Below the pieces are notes generated by a model. The model saw nothing but the letters and a program-made list of their open reading frames with translations, was not told the origin of the DNA and searched no databases. From Betaproteobacteria bacterium SG8_39 (GTDB lineage Bacteria; Pseudomonadota; Gammaproteobacteria; Burkholderiales; SG8-39), in NCBI GenBank assembly GCA_001303445.1, contig LJTQ01000001.1:1-62611 (forward strand): a stretch of 62,611 nucleotides of DNA, written 5' to 3'. The position numbers and the translations under genes were made by a program. Position 1 is the first letter of the stretch. Each line of letters begins with the position of its first letter. Below are positions 62,263 through 62,611 of this stretch, piece by piece.

Positions 62263-62611
62263 AGCGCGAACTCCTTCTCCAGTTCGGTGGGCGAGACACG
62301 CGGCGCCTCTGCGGGACGGTAGGGCGTGCGGTTGCCGGCGTAGAGGATGCCGATGTTGAACCCGTCGTCCGTCATGAGACGGCGTGCCGCGCGCGCGGGG
62401 TCGTCGGTCGGCGCGACCGCAGCCGGATGCGCCATTGTTTTCCAGTCGCGCTGCTCGGGACGGAAGGTCACGCAGGGCGAGAGCACCTCGATGAACGAGA
62501 AGCCCGGCGTGCGGATCGCCTCGACGATGAGGTCGGCGCAGCCGTTCGGGTCGCCCGAAAACGCGCGGGCAATGAAGTTGGCGCCCGAGGCGAGCGCGAT
62601 AACCAGCGGAT
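62259..62611 (-). CDS. 2-oxoacid:ferredoxin (acceptor) oxidoreductase beta subunit, C-terminal part (runs off window end)
   Basis: Own translation of the minus strand from the window edge: PLVIALASGANFIARAFSGDPNGCADLIVEAIRTPGFSFIEVLSPCVTFRPEQRDWK... This is typical of the C-terminus of KorB-type TPP subunits. The track ORF 62259-62486 is only its internal GTG-to-stop part. Confidence 0.75.
   Translation of the reverse strand, partial: PLVIALASGANFIARAFSGDPNGCADLIVEAIRTPGFSFIEVLSPCVTFRPEQRDWKTMAHPAAVAPTDDPARAARRLMTDDGFNIGILYAGNRTPYRPAEAPRVSPTELEKEFAL

Overview
High-GC (roughly two-thirds G+C by eye), densely packed chromosomal segment. Gene order suggests a beta/gamma-proteobacterium; this is inference, not a database result. 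I support about 55 protein genes. I saw no rRNA, tRNA, CRISPR array, transposase, integrase or phage gene.

Most of the window is housekeeping:
- Minus-strand acyl-CoA catabolic operon: aminotransferase, enoyl-CoA hydratase, acyl-CoA dehydrogenase, ADP-forming CoA ligase.
- A frameshifted FAD/Fe-S oxidoreductase.
- lgt, ilvD, cutA-dsbD, hemB, engB.
- A cytochrome c4 / b561 / c-prime cluster followed by an ECF sigma/anti-sigma pair.
- lysA-lptM and cyaY.
- The classic block mrcA / pilMNOPQ / aroK-aroB / gltBD.
- glmUS, an MFS transporter, RidA, and the 3' end of a 2-oxoacid:ferredoxin oxidoreductase operon.

The non-housekeeping part is 43.7-56.4 kb:
1. A cNMP-type Crp-family regulator, followed by a translationally coupled seven-gene signalling operon. 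It encodes three orphan ABC_sub_bind-type periplasmic binding proteins, a Cache-HAMP-3xGAF histidine kinase, a stand-alone receiver, a receiver-class III nucleotidyl cyclase, and a secreted HMA-like protein with a degenerate metal site.
2. A convergent two-gene module. It pairs a 653-aa uncharacterised protein with a PhoU_div/DUF47-like C-terminus and a truncated PPDK-like enzyme (ATP-grasp plus swivel His domain, no PEP/pyruvate barrel).

These two are my best candidates for an undescribed system.

Smaller signals:
- A 25-bp perfect inverted repeat carrying two consensus DnaA boxes after ilvD.
- A structured AT-rich hemB-engB spacer with a terminator pointing the wrong way.
- An unannotated 32-codon hydrophobic mini-ORF.
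- Recurrent TAGAAT/GCTAGCAT promoter-like hexamers.

All functional calls come from reading the supplied translations for family-diagnostic motifs and synteny. No searches were run.
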